A DNA stretch of 64,000 bases. Origin: Acholeplasmataceae bacterium (GTDB lineage Bacteria > Bacillota_I > Bacilli_A > Acholeplasmatales > Acholeplasmataceae). The notes under the pieces were generated by a model. It saw nothing but the letters and a program-made list of their open reading frames with translations, was not told the DNA's origin and did not search any database. Shown one piece after another: positions 1 to 11,265 of this stretch (within the stretch, counting starts at the first letter, position 1; each line of letters opens with the position of its first letter). Location: contig OY763415.1 in the NCBI GenBank assembly GCA_963667565.1, positions 672,001 to 736,000 on the forward strand. Direction: 5' to 3'. The translations under genes were made by a program, and so were the position numbers.

Positions 1-648
1 TTTTGACAGAGCATTAATCAAAATATCATAGCCATGGTAAGGATAAACTGTACCAACACCAATTATTTTAATTGAACTTCCAATTGGTCTATTATTTATA
101 GAATATTGATCAGGGTTACTTATTGAATTTCTGATAGGAGTCATTTTAGAGCATAGTTTAACATTTTTTCTACTCTTTACTATAAGAAATTTTGTTGAAT
201 ATTTATAAATAAATGGATAAAAGAAAATATCATTTAATAATCTTATACTAGTTTTAAATTTGTGTCTTGAATTATATAATTGTTCAAACATATAAGGATA
301 AGTTGGTATTTCATAGTATATTTTATTGAATGACTTGATGAATTTTATCAAAGATATTGTAGGAATATGATGTCTATAATATAAATTTTTCATTCCACCA
401 TTGATTAGTAGATATTCTTTAATTGATTTAAATATGTGTTTTTTGCTTTTAATATTATTTATATTATTTAAAATCTCTTTGTGATTAAATTTACCTTTTA
501 CATAAGTAGAAACCGCAAAATTTTCTTTATAATATGAAAACAATAAACACTTACCAAATATTAAGCTTAATGCTTTAGCTTGTGAATCAATTTTTTTGAA
601 TATACCATCAGTATTCGAAATTTCCAAAAATGTTACATAACTTATCAT
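1..648 (-). CDS. Glycosyltransferase (GT4-like), N-terminal part, runs off the window
   Basis: Not in the ORF track. ATG at 648 gives MISYVTFLEISNTDGIFKKIDSQAKAL...IYYEIPTYPY; lies directly downstream of rmlB in the polysaccharide operon. Confidence 0.65.
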   Translation of the reverse strand, partial: MISYVTFLEISNTDGIFKKIDSQAKALSLIFGKCLLFSYYKENFAVSTYVKGKFNHKEILNNINNIKSKKHIFKSIKEYLLINGGMKNLYYRHHIPTISLIKFIKSFNKIYYEIPTYPYMFEQLYNSRHKFKTSIRLLNDIFFYPFIYKYSTKFLIVKSRKNVKLCSKMTPIRNSISNPDQYSINNRPIGSSIKIIGVGTVYPYHGYDILINALSK

Positions 649-652
649 TATA

Positions 653-1636
653 CTATTTTCCTTTTTTAACTTCATTCACCCAATCTTGATTTGATTTAAA
701 CCAATCAATGGTTTCAGAAATACCTTTTTGAAATGTATATGACGGACTCCAACCTAAATCATTCATTATTTTTGAAGAATTGATAGCATATCTTAAATCA
801 TGTCCTTTTCTATCTTTAACAAAACTGATTAAAGTTTCATCCTTATTTAAAAAAGATAAAATCAGTTTGACTATATCAATATTCTTAAACTCATTGTTAC
901 CACCAATATTATATACTGTACCTGGATTTGCAAGATGAATTATCTTATCAATCGCTGAACAATGATCATTTACATGCAACCAATCTCTAATGTTAATACC
1001 TGTTCCATATACAGGAAGTGCTTTGTTATTTAAAGCATTTTCAATCATAACTGGAATTAATTTTTCTGGGAATTGAAACGGGCCATAATTGTTTGAGCAT
1101 CTTGAAATAGTTGTATTAAGCTGAAATGTTCTATAATATGCAAAAACCAACAAATCTGCAGAAGCTTTAGACGCAGAATATGGACTTGATGGTTTTAAAT
1201 CGTAATTCTCATCAAATTTTAATTCTGGTTGATCAATAGGTAAATCTCCATATACTTCATCTGTAGAAACTTGATGAAATCTTTTTATTCCATATTTCAA
1301 AGATAAATCAAGTAATACTTGTGTACCTAAAACATTAGTTTTTATAAATATTTCAGGATCTTTTATTGACCTATCAACGTGAGATTCTGCTGCAAAATTA
1401 ACTATATAGTCCGGTCTTTCTTTAATAAAAATTTCTTCAAGAGAAATCTTATCAGCGATATCAACAACATAAAAATTAAATCTCTTATTATTAATAAAAT
1501 CATCCATTGTAACCATATTACCAGCATAAGTTAGATTATCTATTCCAATTACTTCATAATTTGGGTATTTTTTTAGAATATATTGTGTAAAATTTGACCC
1601 TATAAATCCAGCACAGCCAGTTATTAATATTTTCAT
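653..1636 (-). CDS. rmlB: dTDP-glucose 4,6-dehydratase
   Basis: GCAGFIG, AAESHVDRS, STDEVYG, YSASK and NNYGP motifs. Confidence 0.96.
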   Translation of the reverse strand: MKILITGCAGFIGSNFTQYILKKYPNYEVIGIDNLTYAGNMVTMDDFINNKRFNFYVVDIADKISLEEIFIKERPDYIVNFAAESHVDRSIKDPEIFIKTNVLGTQVLLDLSLKYGIKRFHQVSTDEVYGDLPIDQPELKFDENYDLKPSSPYSASKASADLLVFAYYRTFQLNTTISRCSNNYGPFQFPEKLIPVMIENALNNKALPVYGTGINIRDWLHVNDHCSAIDKIIHLANPGTVYNIGGNNEFKNIDIVKLILSFLNKDETLISFVKDRKGHDLRYAINSSKIMNDLGWSPSYTFQKGISETIDWFKSNQDWVNEVKKGK

Positions 1637-1637
1637 T

Positions 1638-3317
1638 TCATCTCTCCTTATTTGGGTGATATTGAGATAAATATCTCTTTAGTGCATCTTTCCATGTTGG
1701 CATTTTTCCAAATGTTTTTATGGAATCATTATTTAACCTTGAATTCTTTGGTCGTTTTGCTTTAGTAAGAAAATAATCACTTGCTACTGGTTTAATCAAA
1801 CAATTTAATTTTAGAAATTCTAATGTTGTTTGAGCAAATTCAAACCAACTGCAGTACTCTGAATTGGTTACATGATAAATACCGTATTTATTACTTAATC
1901 CAATTTTAATCACCATTTTCGCAAGATCTAATGCATATGTAGGTGATCCAATTTGATCATTCACTACAGAAATCACCTTATTACCTTCAGCAAGTTTAAT
2001 TATTTTTTCAACAAAATTTGTATTACTTCCTCCAAAAACCCAAGAAGTTCTAATTATGTAAAACATATTATGCATTTGTACTTCCTGTTCGCCTAAAAGT
2101 TTCGATTTTCCATATATAGATACTGGATTCGTCTCATCGAAAGTCATATATTCAAATTCCTTGGTTCCATCAAAAACATAATCAGTTGAGATGTATACTA
2201 TTTTTGCCCCATATTTCATTGCATTTTTTACAATATATTTAGTCCCAATATGATTTGTATTATAGCAGGAATTGCTATCAATTTCAGCTTTGTCAACCTC
2301 AGTATACGCTGCACAATGGAAAATAATATCAGGAATATTGATATTAAAAAATTTATCAACTTCCAATTCATTAGTAATATCAAGATCACTATAGTCTACA
2401 CCAATAACATTTGTAAAATTATACTCATTTAATAGTTTAATTAATTCTTTACCGAGTTGACCTTTTGCACCAGTAACAACTATTTTTAGTAATCTTGATT
2501 TGTTTACTATATCGTTAATTATCGTGCTATCTCCATAAATAAATTTTGAATCATAAGGCCGATATTGCAATTTACCATAATTAGGTTTTATATTAAAATT
2601 ATTAAAATAAATGTAGTTATCAATCATTTTTTTTAATTGAAAAGGACTCCCAGAACAACATTCAATAATTCCTTCATAATCTGATTGTAATGATGCTTCC
2701 GTAATTTGATAAGCTAATTTATCTACATGTATGAAATCATACTGCCCAAGACCATCATTAACGTCTATATAATCAATATTATTTTTTTCATTACTAAATA
2801 TCTTTCCAAATATTGATTTACTATGAGCATCATCACCGTAAATATAGTAGGCTCGCAACCATTTTAACTTGGTTTTCCTATTCGTACATTTAATCTCAAT
2901 TGCTTTTCTTAATGTATCTTTTGAAATCGCATATAAATTTAATGGATTTGTTGGACTTTCGTTATTAACTTTCCCTTCAAAAGATCCTAATTCATGCATA
3001 GATCCCATTATTGAGATGCTATCAATATTATTATTTATGAAATCATCAAGGAAATAATAATGCGTAGATAAATCTAGCATATGTGAATCATTTTTATGAT
3101 CGAATCCATCTCTCCATGCCATGTGTATTAAAACATTTGGTCTACCAAAAAAATCAAATGGATTCTCAATCTTAAAAATGTCAGAAGAAATAAAATTTCT
3201 ATCATTATAAATATTATCATTTAAATCCGTAGTAATTAATTCAATTTCTTTTCTTTTAAGGATATTTACTACTTTTCTGCCTAGATAACCATTTGCTCCA
3301 GTAACTAACACTCTCAT
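1638..3317 (-). CDS. rmlD: Fusion of an NAD-dependent epimerase/reductase (possibly 6-deoxytalose-type) and dTDP-4-dehydrorhamnose reductase
   Basis: Two Rossmann motifs (TGANGYLG, TGAKGQLG) and two YxxxK motifs. The C-terminal half has the RmlD signatures AAYTEVDKAE, STDYVFDG and RPKNS. Confidence 0.85.
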   Translation of the reverse strand: MRVLVTGANGYLGRKVVNILKRKEIELITTDLNDNIYNDRNFISSDIFKIENPFDFFGRPNVLIHMAWRDGFDHKNDSHMLDLSTHYYFLDDFINNNIDSISIMGSMHELGSFEGKVNNESPTNPLNLYAISKDTLRKAIEIKCTNRKTKLKWLRAYYIYGDDAHSKSIFGKIFSNEKNNIDYIDVNDGLGQYDFIHVDKLAYQITEASLQSDYEGIIECCSGSPFQLKKMIDNYIYFNNFNIKPNYGKLQYRPYDSKFIYGDSTIINDIVNKSRLLKIVVTGAKGQLGKELIKLLNEYNFTNVIGVDYSDLDITNELEVDKFFNINIPDIIFHCAAYTEVDKAEIDSNSCYNTNHIGTKYIVKNAMKYGAKIVYISTDYVFDGTKEFEYMTFDETNPVSIYGKSKLLGEQEVQMHNMFYIIRTSWVFGGSNTNFVEKIIKLAEGNKVISVVNDQIGSPTYALDLAKMVIKIGLSNKYGIYHVTNSEYCSWFEFAQTTLEFLKLNCLIKPVASDYFLTKAKRPKNSRLNNDSIKTFGKMPTWKDALKRYLSQYHPNKER

Positions 3318-3862
3318 TTAACTAATTCCTCATAAACAGCAATTTCAATACCTTTTAAGTCTTTATCAGATAAAACAGTAGGTAATATCGGCCATTCTAT
3401 ACCTATTCTAGAATCATTATAAATTATTGATATTTCAGCATCCTTATTGTAATAGTTATCGACCTTATAACTAACAGTTGTATCGTCGACTAAGGTTATA
3501 AATCCATGACCAAAACCACTCGGAATTAGCAATTGAGTATTATTTTCACTTGAAAGTTCTATACCAAACCACTTTAAATATGTCTCAGATTCTGGTCTTA
3601 AATCAACAGCAACATCGAAAATTTTCCCTTGAATGCAACTCACTAGTTTGGTTTGTCCAAATTGCTTGGATTGTAAATGAATGCCTCTTAAAGTGCCTTT
3701 GAATCGACTAAATGACTTATTTTCTTGAATATATATATAGTTAATTTTATTTTCGCTATTAAATTCATTGTTAAAAACGACAGAAAACCAGCCTCTTTCA
3801 TCATTAAATTTTGTAGGTTGAATTATTAATAAATCTTTAATAAATGTGTTATATATTTTCAT
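3314..3862 (-). CDS. rmlC: dTDP-4-dehydrorhamnose 3,5-epimerase
   Basis: [21 protein letters not shown] and GFGHGF motifs. Confidence 0.95.
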   Translation of the reverse strand: MKIYNTFIKDLLIIQPTKFNDERGWFSVVFNNEFNSENKINYIYIQENKSFSRFKGTLRGIHLQSKQFGQTKLVSCIQGKIFDVAVDLRPESETYLKWFGIELSSENNTQLLIPSGFGHGFITLVDDTTVSYKVDNYYNKDAEISIIYNDSRIGIEWPILPTVLSDKDLKGIEIAVYEELVK

Positions 3863-4749
3863 TTCAATTGCTGAACCTTTCCATCAATTATAGACTCTAT
3901 ATATTTACCATAGTTGCTTTTTGAATATTTTTTAGCTGCAAGTCTAAGTTGCTCTATTGAAATCCAACTATTCATGAATGCAATTTCTTCTAAACAACTT
4001 ATTTTCAAACCTTGATGCTCTTCAATCATTTTTACAAATTGTGTTGCTTCAGCCAACGATTCATGAGTTCCTGAATCCAACCAAGTGAAACCTCTACCAA
4101 GCAATTCAACATCTAATGCCTTTTCTTTTAGATATATAGCATTTAAATCTGTAATTTCTAATTCTCCTCTTTTTGAAGGTTTTATTTTTTTTGAAAACTC
4201 TACAACCCTATTATCATAAAAATATAATCCAACTACTGCATAATTAGATTTAGGTGTTTCTGGTTTCTCTTCGATACTTATAACTTCATATTTCTCATTG
4301 AATTCAACGACCCCAAAATTTGATGGGTTTTCAACATGATATCCAAAAACAGTCGCCTTATTCTTAGTTGCACTTTCTACAGCATTCAGTAAAGATTTTT
4401 TTAAACCACTACCATAAAAAAAATTATCTCCTAATACTAAGCAAACACTTTCATCACTAATGAATTTTTCACCTATGATAAAAGCTTCTGCAAGTCCATT
4501 TGGATGCTCTTGAATGGCATATTCTATATTGATTCCGTAATCTTTTCCATTTCCCAACAATTGCTCAAATCTTTGAATGTCTTGAGGAGTGGAAATGATG
4601 AGAACCTCTCTTATTTCTGCCAATAACAGAACAGAGAGAGGATAATATATCATAGGTTTGTCATATATAGGTAATAGTTGCTTGCTCACTACTTGTGTTA
4701 ATGGATATAATCTTGTACCAGATCCTCCTGCCAAAATAATTCCTTTCAT
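3859..4749 (-). CDS. rmlA: Glucose-1-phosphate thymidylyltransferase
   Basis: [27 protein letters not shown] and RGELEITD; start reassigned to ATG 4749. Confidence 0.97.
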   Translation of the reverse strand: MKGIILAGGSGTRLYPLTQVVSKQLLPIYDKPMIYYPLSVLLLAEIREVLIISTPQDIQRFEQLLGNGKDYGINIEYAIQEHPNGLAEAFIIGEKFISDESVCLVLGDNFFYGSGLKKSLLNAVESATKNKATVFGYHVENPSNFGVVEFNEKYEVISIEEKPETPKSNYAVVGLYFYDNRVVEFSKKIKPSKRGELEITDLNAIYLKEKALDVELLGRGFTWLDSGTHESLAEATQFVKMIEEHQGLKISCLEEIAFMNSWISIEQLRLAAKKYSKSNYGKYIESIIDGKVQQLK

Positions 4750-4751
4750 TA

Positions 4752-5714
4752 CTAATCCTCCAATAATCTTTTGACCCAATTTTTAATGTGATACTTATCC
4801 ATATTAAAATCAGATTCTAAATTTGTTTTATAAAACTCATCAATATCATAAATATTTGTTCTTGAAGTAAAAATTAAAATTCTATCACGCGAATAGAAAT
4901 CATAATTAGCAATATCACTATTTGTGGTAATCAATTTTTTATTTGAAGCTAATACTTCAAAGGTTCTCATAGTAAGACCTTTTTGGTTTTTTTGAGGAAT
5001 ATCTATAATTATTTTTGAGTTTCTCATATATTCTAACAAAGATTTTCTGGATATCTTATTATATTTATAAAAGTTTGTCTTTGTCATTCGAAACTCTTTA
5101 TTGGTAAAATAATAATAAATAAATACTAACCTAGATTGTATATACATATGAAAAAAAATTTTTTTTTGATTGATCATCTTTAAAATCTTATTTATGTTTT
5201 CAATTTTTCCTGGTTTTGCAGTTCCTATATAAAGATAATCAAACAGTTCATTTTTGTTAATTAAATTTTTAAACTCATCTGAATAAAACAGAGGTAAAAA
5301 TGTAAACTTATATTTTTTTGCATCAAATGGATCAAATGTCATAACTGAATCAAATTCTGTCGAAAGAGTTAGGATTTCCTCAAATACATCTACTGAATCC
5401 CAATTATAATAAACGAATTTAGCATTTTTATACTTAGCTTTTAATCTTTTAATATCATCAATAATAAATGACTGACCCAAAATTATTACAACATATTTGT
5501 AATCTTTATCATTTTCGTTAATTATTTTATCTATGTACTTAATGACTTTAGATCGCATTAATTTCTTATTTAATCTGATTATCATTTTTCCTATCAAATT
5601 ACTATTCGGTCTATCGCTATACCAGTCAACAATATAATTTTGATTAATCAACTCATTAGTTATATCTTTATAATATCCAAAAAAATCAGGGGTTATAAGT
5701 AGAATATTGTCCAT
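4752..5714 (-). CDS. Polysaccharide biosynthesis glycosyltransferase (CgeB/EPS-like)
   Basis: YYNWDS and [22 protein letters not shown] motifs; operon context. Confidence 0.7.
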   Translation of the reverse strand: MDNILLITPDFFGYYKDITNELINQNYIVDWYSDRPNSNLIGKMIIRLNKKLMRSKVIKYIDKIINENDKDYKYVVIILGQSFIIDDIKRLKAKYKNAKFVYYNWDSVDVFEEILTLSTEFDSVMTFDPFDAKKYKFTFLPLFYSDEFKNLINKNELFDYLYIGTAKPGKIENINKILKMINQKKIFFHMYIQSRLVFIYYYFTNKEFRMTKTNFYKYNKISRKSLLEYMRNSKIIIDIPQKNQKGLTMRTFEVLASNKKLITTNSDIANYDFYSRDRILIFTSRTNIYDIDEFYKTNLESDFNMDKYHIKNWVKRLLED

Positions 5715-5721
5715 AATTAAC

Positions 5722-7191
5722 TCATTTCTTAACTAAAGTAATTCCATATTGAAGTTCAATAATTTCAATATTATTATCTTTGATTATCTCACTAAATAAT
5801 TGTTTTTCTTTTCCTAATCCAGCTTCTTTATCGAACATTACTCTTACAGTCAAAAGAATAATCTTAATATCTAACCAAAAATTGTACTTTCTTATGTAAT
5901 AAAGATCATATCTTAATCTTTCAAGAGGCACAGTATCATATCTACTATATACTTGAGCAAAGCCAGTTAAGCCTGGTTTTACATTTGATCTATATACAAA
6001 TTCTGGATGTTTTTCTAAAGTTTCTGAAATAACACTAAGCATTAACGGTCTTGGTCCAACGACACTCATCTCACCTTTAAAAATATTTAATAATTGAGGG
6101 AGTTCATCAAGTCGTGTTGCTCTTATAAATTTTCCGAATTTAGTTATACGAGAATCATTGGTTGTTGCTATTGGACCTTCTTCTCCTTCTTTATGAACTT
6201 TCATTGATCTGAATTTTACAATGTCAAAATACTCACCATCTCTTTTTACGCGAGTTTGGCGATATAAAACTGGCCCACCATCTTGCAATTTAATAATCAA
6301 AGCAACGATAAGCATTGGGATACCAGCAATTAAAAGCGCTATAGAAGATGCTACGATGTCAAATGTTCTCTTAAAGAATCTTTGTTCAAATGTTAATCGC
6401 ATGCTCTTAGCTTTAAGCACTAAAGTATCATCAATTTGGTCTTTTTGAGCATATAATAATCCTAACTCATATGTTCTTGGCACCATATACAACTCTTTAT
6501 CGGTACTAAGCAATATGTAGTTAACAAGCATATTTTTGTTTTTAACACTCAAATCATCAAGTAAATAGACATGATTGACTTCATCAATATATTTAAATAC
6601 ATCATCGTTAATTTTGACTCTATCATCTTCAAATAAAACATATTTTAAGACCTTATAATGTGTTTTATCCATAAAAAACTCTTTAGCCAAATTGATTGCA
6701 TCCTCTTTTGGACCAATCACTGCAACTAAAGGCTTTCTACTAAATTTATTAAATAGGATAAATTCTAAATATTTTACAGATGGCAATACAATAACTTGAG
6801 CGATAAGAATATATAAGACATCAAGTGGTGTCCCTAAAATAAAATTATCGATATTAATAAATGTGATGATAATTAAAATGATATTGGTAAAAAACAATGC
6901 CATAAACATTGATATAAACACTTTATAAAATTTACTTCTACTAATGGTTACTTGATATACCATAAAAAAGAATGCTGCTATCATTAAATAAAGAGCTGTA
7001 ACTAATATATCATCTGAATGTAGAACAAATAAATCATAGATACCTAAAAAGGAATGGTTATTTTCTAGATAATTGAGTTCTGCAATTAATAAAAAAGTAA
7101 GACCTAGGATGAACACATCAAAAAGATGTTCTAAAAATCTAATAATGTTCCCATTCCAAAAATCTTGCTTCATATCTTTATATTTACCCAT
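5722..7191 (-). CDS. Priming polyprenyl glycosyl-phosphotransferase (sugar transferase)
   Basis: N-terminal TM segments; KRTFDI, KFRSM, RLDELPQL, VGPRP, KPGLTG and YDLYY motifs. Start moved to ATG 7191 behind AATGGGGA. Confidence 0.93.
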   Translation of the reverse strand: MGKYKDMKQDFWNGNIIRFLEHLFDVFILGLTFLLIAELNYLENNHSFLGIYDLFVLHSDDILVTALYLMIAAFFFMVYQVTISRSKFYKVFISMFMALFFTNIILIIITFINIDNFILGTPLDVLYILIAQVIVLPSVKYLEFILFNKFSRKPLVAVIGPKEDAINLAKEFFMDKTHYKVLKYVLFEDDRVKINDDVFKYIDEVNHVYLLDDLSVKNKNMLVNYILLSTDKELYMVPRTYELGLLYAQKDQIDDTLVLKAKSMRLTFEQRFFKRTFDIVASSIALLIAGIPMLIVALIIKLQDGGPVLYRQTRVKRDGEYFDIVKFRSMKVHKEGEEGPIATTNDSRITKFGKFIRATRLDELPQLLNIFKGEMSVVGPRPLMLSVISETLEKHPEFVYRSNVKPGLTGFAQVYSRYDTVPLERLRYDLYYIRKYNFWLDIKIILLTVRVMFDKEAGLGKEKQLFSEIIKDNNIEIIELQYGITLVKK

Positions 7192-7221
7192 GTGTCTAAT
7201 CCCCATTCTTATTCATAGAAT

Positions 7222-7608
7222 TTATAATGCATTACTTACTGCTGAGAAAAAAGCGATACTTGTATATGCATCAAAAGATGCATAATCAAATTTCACAGAT
7301 TGTTCAATATAGATTTGCTGTATGAGTAAATCTAAATCATTATCTCTTATAAAAGCATTCTTATAATTGATTGTGATTTCCTCTATTCTATGATTTAAAA
7401 CATAAACAGTTAAATCTACATATACAGGTGACGTGTTAGACTCACCTTCATAATAACCATCATCGATGTCATTTAAATTAATTTCATCAATAACTGTACT
7501 TTCTATTTGATCTAAACCATTACTCACCGATACAAAAATAAGGAATGCACCAAACGTGAGCAAGATACCTATTACCATATATATAGCATATTGTTGATGT
7601 TTTTTCAT
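7222..7608 (-). CDS. Membrane-anchored FMN-binding-domain-like protein
   Basis: N-terminal TM; DDGYYEGES...V.V....IEEI pattern and C-terminal TSIAFFSAVSNAL. Confidence 0.55.
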   Translation of the reverse strand: MKKHQQYAIYMVIGILLTFGAFLIFVSVSNGLDQIESTVIDEINLNDIDDGYYEGESNTSPVYVDLTVYVLNHRIEEITINYKNAFIRDNDLDLLIQQIYIEQSVKFDYASFDAYTSIAFFSAVSNAL

Positions 7609-7690
7609 AAAAAAGCAACTCTCCATTACATATCTTGGATGCAATTATTTTAACATATATTATATAATATATGCAAAGATATTCTAAACT

Positions 7691-7719
7691 TTGACAAATA
7701 TAATAAATATATTTATAAT
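7691..7719 (+). promoter_or_regulatory. Sigma70 promoter for the O-antigen ligase-like gene
   Basis: TTGACA (7691)-17 bp-TATAAT (7714). Confidence 0.85.
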
Positions 7720-7754
7720 GATTATAGTCATTTCTTACAAAATGGGGTTATCAA

Positions 7755-9155
7755 ATGAAGAAAATCGAGCAGTTCTTAAATAGTATATACTTTATAATTT
7801 CTATATTTTTAATAGTTTTCATTTCTTGGTTTTTGGGAAGTGGCTTTTTTGGATTAACTGACTTTAGTCCATATAACTTGTATGGTGTTTATGTTTTGAT
7901 TTTATTATTGTCAATTGTACTTGTTTTATTTAGTAACACTTTATATGCAATACCTATTCTTGCTGGATTTTTATTTATAATAAGTAATAGCAGCATTACA
8001 TTTGATACACTTGATCAATTTGGATTTCCACATATTGCTTTAATTCTAATTTTCTCAAGTTTTATAGTACACATCATGAGATTTAGACCAAGATTAAAAA
8101 TTGGCGGTTTATTTACTGGTTTATTACTTATTGCTATAGCATATTTGATACCACTTATATACACTGAAGTATCTATGAAAGCGGTGATGGTATCTAGTGC
8201 AGGACTTGTATATTTTTTATTTTATCTTTTCTTGTTTTCTACTACAAAGGGTAATAAAGATTATTTATTTAAACTTATGATAGTGATTAGTTTCATATTG
8301 ATGATGCAACTTGGAACAAAGATAATTAGATTATTTTTAGATCATCCGGAACTTAGTTTTATTGAAGTATTTGGCTTAGGTATGACAAATAATTGGGGTG
8401 CTAACTTTGGATGGGCTAATATTAATGATGTTGCATTCTACTTAACACTTACCTTTCCTGCTTATGTCTATTTTATCTTCAAGAAACCTAAAAATATTAT
8501 CTACTGGTTATTGATATTACTTCCTATTTTGGCAGTTGCAGTATCTGGATCTAGGGGGGGATTAATCGGGTTTTTCATAGTTGCATTGCTATCATTTATA
8601 TTTATATTGCTAAGAGGAACAAAACATCATTATTTAGGTATTGGTATTGCAATTGTTGGTTCATTTTTATTAGTGTTAATAAGTTTTGATATATTAAAAG
8701 AGTCTTTTACTACAATGTTAGATATGTTAAACCGTGGTTCAATTGATGCAATCTCCTCCAATAGAATATTCATCTATGTTGAAGGTATTAAAATATTTAA
8801 AGAGAATTTCATTTTTGGAAGCGGATGGTTATCTATTGACCAATTAGATGCAAGTTGGCGCTTATTCATGTATCATTCAACTATCATTCATGTGTTAGCA
8901 ACCATGGGTCTATTTGGATTATTTGCTTTACTATTCCATTACTATCAAGTGTTTTCAGTCCTATTTAATAAAATATCACTTGAGAAGAAACTCATCATGT
9001 TTGGATATATTGCGACTCAAATCCATGGATTAATTGATAATGTTCAGTTTTCAGTTCCATATTCATTCTTAATTGTCTTCATCTTTGTCATCATTGAAAC
9101 ATCTGATATCGATACGATATTTAAAAAAGATGGTAGAAAGTATATATTAAAATAA
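7755..9155 (+). CDS. O-antigen ligase/Wzy-family membrane protein
   Basis: About 12 TM segments; SGSRGG, R.FIY, FGSGW and YHSTIIHVLATMGLFG motifs. Confidence 0.85.
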   Translation: MKKIEQFLNSIYFIISIFLIVFISWFLGSGFFGLTDFSPYNLYGVYVLILLLSIVLVLFSNTLYAIPILAGFLFIISNSSITFDTLDQFGFPHIALILIFSSFIVHIMRFRPRLKIGGLFTGLLLIAIAYLIPLIYTEVSMKAVMVSSAGLVYFLFYLFLFSTTKGNKDYLFKLMIVISFILMMQLGTKIIRLFLDHPELSFIEVFGLGMTNNWGANFGWANINDVAFYLTLTFPAYVYFIFKKPKNIIYWLLILLPILAVAVSGSRGGLIGFFIVALLSFIFILLRGTKHHYLGIGIAIVGSFLLVLISFDILKESFTTMLDMLNRGSIDAISSNRIFIYVEGIKIFKENFIFGSGWLSIDQLDASWRLFMYHSTIIHVLATMGLFGLFALLFHYYQVFSVLFNKISLEKKLIMFGYIATQIHGLIDNVQFSVPYSFLIVFIFVIIETSDIDTIFKKDGRKYILK

Positions 9156-9166
9156 TAATTCGAAAT

Positions 9167-9200
9167 AAAAAGCAATACCTTTGATGAGGTGTTGCTTTTT
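9167..9200. terminator. Bidirectional intrinsic terminator
   Basis: AAAAAGCAATACCT-ttgatg-AGGTGTTGCTTTTT between convergent genes. Confidence 0.85.
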
Positions 9201-9870
9201 AATGTCCATAATAATAATAACCATAGTTATAAGATGAATTCCGTTTTGCTACTTTTGTTAGAACAGCACCTATCACATTTGCTTTTGTTTTCTTTAATTC
9301 TTCAATGACTTGTTTTGCTATTTTTTTATTAGTTGATCTTGATGCAGTAACAAACAGTGTGGCATCACTAAAATTACTTATAATATAGCCATCAGATACT
9401 GCAGTAAGTGGTGGACAATCTAGAATAATATAGTCATATTGTTCTCTTAATTCACTCATAAGTGTCTTCATTTTTTTACTATCAACAGCTTCATTTGGAT
9501 ATGGAAGTCTTTTTCCAGCAGTGATCACATCTAGATTTTTGTTAATAGGATTAATAATCTCTTCTTTGCTTAGTTCATCAATCATATAATTGCCAATGCC
9601 TTTTGTATTTGAAAGATGAAAACCACGATGGATTTTAGGATTTCTTAAATCAAGGTCCACAAGCAGTACTTTTGCATCATTTTGAGCAAAAACAGATGCT
9701 AAATTCAAGCAAGTCAACGTCTTTCCTTCAGCAGGAAAAGTACTTGTAATGTTTATAATCTGATACTTACTATCAATTTTTGAGTATTCAATATTTGATT
9801 TTATTTTACGATATTGCTCAGTAATCACCGATCTTGGCTCTTTTAAAGATATAATTTCATAATCTTTCAT
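9199..9870 (-). CDS. cpsD: BY-family tyrosine-protein kinase (CpsD/CapB)
   Basis: Walker A PAEGKT, DLDLRNP, DCPP and C-terminal tyrosine cluster YNYGYYYY. Confidence 0.93.
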   Translation of the reverse strand: MKDYEIISLKEPRSVITEQYRKIKSNIEYSKIDSKYQIINITSTFPAEGKTLTCLNLASVFAQNDAKVLLVDLDLRNPKIHRGFHLSNTKGIGNYMIDELSKEEIINPINKNLDVITAGKRLPYPNEAVDSKKMKTLMSELREQYDYIILDCPPLTAVSDGYIISNFSDATLFVTASRSTNKKIAKQVIEELKKTKANVIGAVLTKVAKRNSSYNYGYYYYGH

Positions 9871-9871
9871 A

Positions 9872-10555
9872 TCATACCTCATTGATTTCGTATTCTGGAA
9901 TCATACCCATCATACGTAATTGTAAGTAATTTTCGACATCAGAAATACTTTTTATATTTGTATTTAAAAACTCGATTGCAAGTACAGAACCTACACCTAG
10001 AATGCCACCTAGCATTAAACCCATACCTAAAATGAGTAATTTATTAGGGCCACTTGGTGCATCAGGAATCAATGCAACATCTAAAATCTCTATATCTTCT
10101 AAAATAACGAAGTCAATGCTTAATTCTTGAACAACATAAACAATTTCATTCGCTATTGCTGCAGAAAGTTCTGGCGATGTAGTCTCTACGTTAATTTCAA
10201 CAATAATCGTATTGGTTAATCCTTCTACACTAATCATCTGTCTTAATTGATCAATTGTTAAATTTAGTTCAAGACGATCAATGACTTCAAGTAACACTTT
10301 GTTAGATGTAGACACTTCTTTGTAGGTATCTACTAATCTTTGTCCTGTAAGTAAGTTAACTGCATCTGTTTCATTAGCATCATAAGCTTGAACTATCATC
10401 GAAGAAGTTGCAATATATGTCTCATCTGTTACATAATAAGCATATATAAAAGAAACGCCTATACCAAGTAATGTCAATCCAAGAATTATATACCAACGAT
10501 GGAGTAAAATTCCGATTAATTCCATTATGCTTATTTCAAATGTGTTTTCTTCCAT
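9872..10555 (-). CDS. cpsC: Chain-length determinant/kinase modulator (Wzz/CpsC)
   Basis: Two TM segments, Pro-rich PDAPSGPN motif and C-terminal GMIP. Confidence 0.9.
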   Translation of the reverse strand: MEENTFEISIMELIGILLHRWYIILGLTLLGIGVSFIYAYYVTDETYIATSSMIVQAYDANETDAVNLLTGQRLVDTYKEVSTSNKVLLEVIDRLELNLTIDQLRQMISVEGLTNTIIVEINVETTSPELSAAIANEIVYVVQELSIDFVILEDIEILDVALIPDAPSGPNKLLILGMGLMLGGILGVGSVLAIEFLNTNIKSISDVENYLQLRMMGMIPEYEINEV

Positions 10556-10566
10556 ATAATTCCCCT

Positions 10567-11265
10567 TTAAAGTTTATCTTCTAGATTCAATACTATTTTT
10601 GGATTTGTAACAAATATCATTTCCGCATAATTATAACCATATGTTTTTTCGATATATTGATAGCATCTTGACATGCTTTCATAATCGCCTGGTTTGTGTG
10701 CATCTGATGCAATGATATCTACCAATTTATGCTTAAGTAAATAATTCATACGTTTTTTTATTTTTTTGTTTTTGGGCATTACAATACTAGATGCATTAAC
10801 TTGTAATAATGCCCCAGTTTCTTTTAATTTTCTATAACAACTATAGTCAGTTATTTGATCATATCGCTCAACATGAGCAATCACTGGTACATACCCATTA
10901 AGACTAATTTCATAAACAGAATCTTCTATATTTGTATCTTGATTTGTAAACTCAATTAGAATGTATTTAGAACTATTAAGTGTAAGATGTTTACTAAGTT
11001 CTTCTTTACTAAGAATTTCATCATAGTGGTCAATTTCGCGACCTAAAAATAGGTCTATTTTAAACCCTTGTTCAATGACTTTTTTGTATTTATCTTGTAA
11101 AATTATATTACTAGTAATATAATTATTATGTAGTTTATAATGTGGTGTAAGACAAATTCCAGTAACCTGATTATCAATTGCTTCTTGTATCATTTCTATC
11201 GCTTCTTCGATAGATTTTGCTCCATCATCCACTTCTGGAAGTACATGAGCATGAATATCAATCAT
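10567..11265 (-). CDS. cpsB: PHP-family tyrosine phosphatase (CpsB/CapC)
   Basis: MIDIHAHVLP.VDDG, TPH, AHVERY and ASDAH motifs. Confidence 0.93.
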   Translation of the reverse strand: MIDIHAHVLPEVDDGAKSIEEAIEMIQEAIDNQVTGICLTPHYKLHNNYITSNIILQDKYKKVIEQGFKIDLFLGREIDHYDEILSKEELSKHLTLNSSKYILIEFTNQDTNIEDSVYEISLNGYVPVIAHVERYDQITDYSCYRKLKETGALLQVNASSIVMPKNKKIKKRMNYLLKHKLVDIIASDAHKPGDYESMSRCYQYIEKTYGYNYAEMIFVTNPKIVLNLEDKL

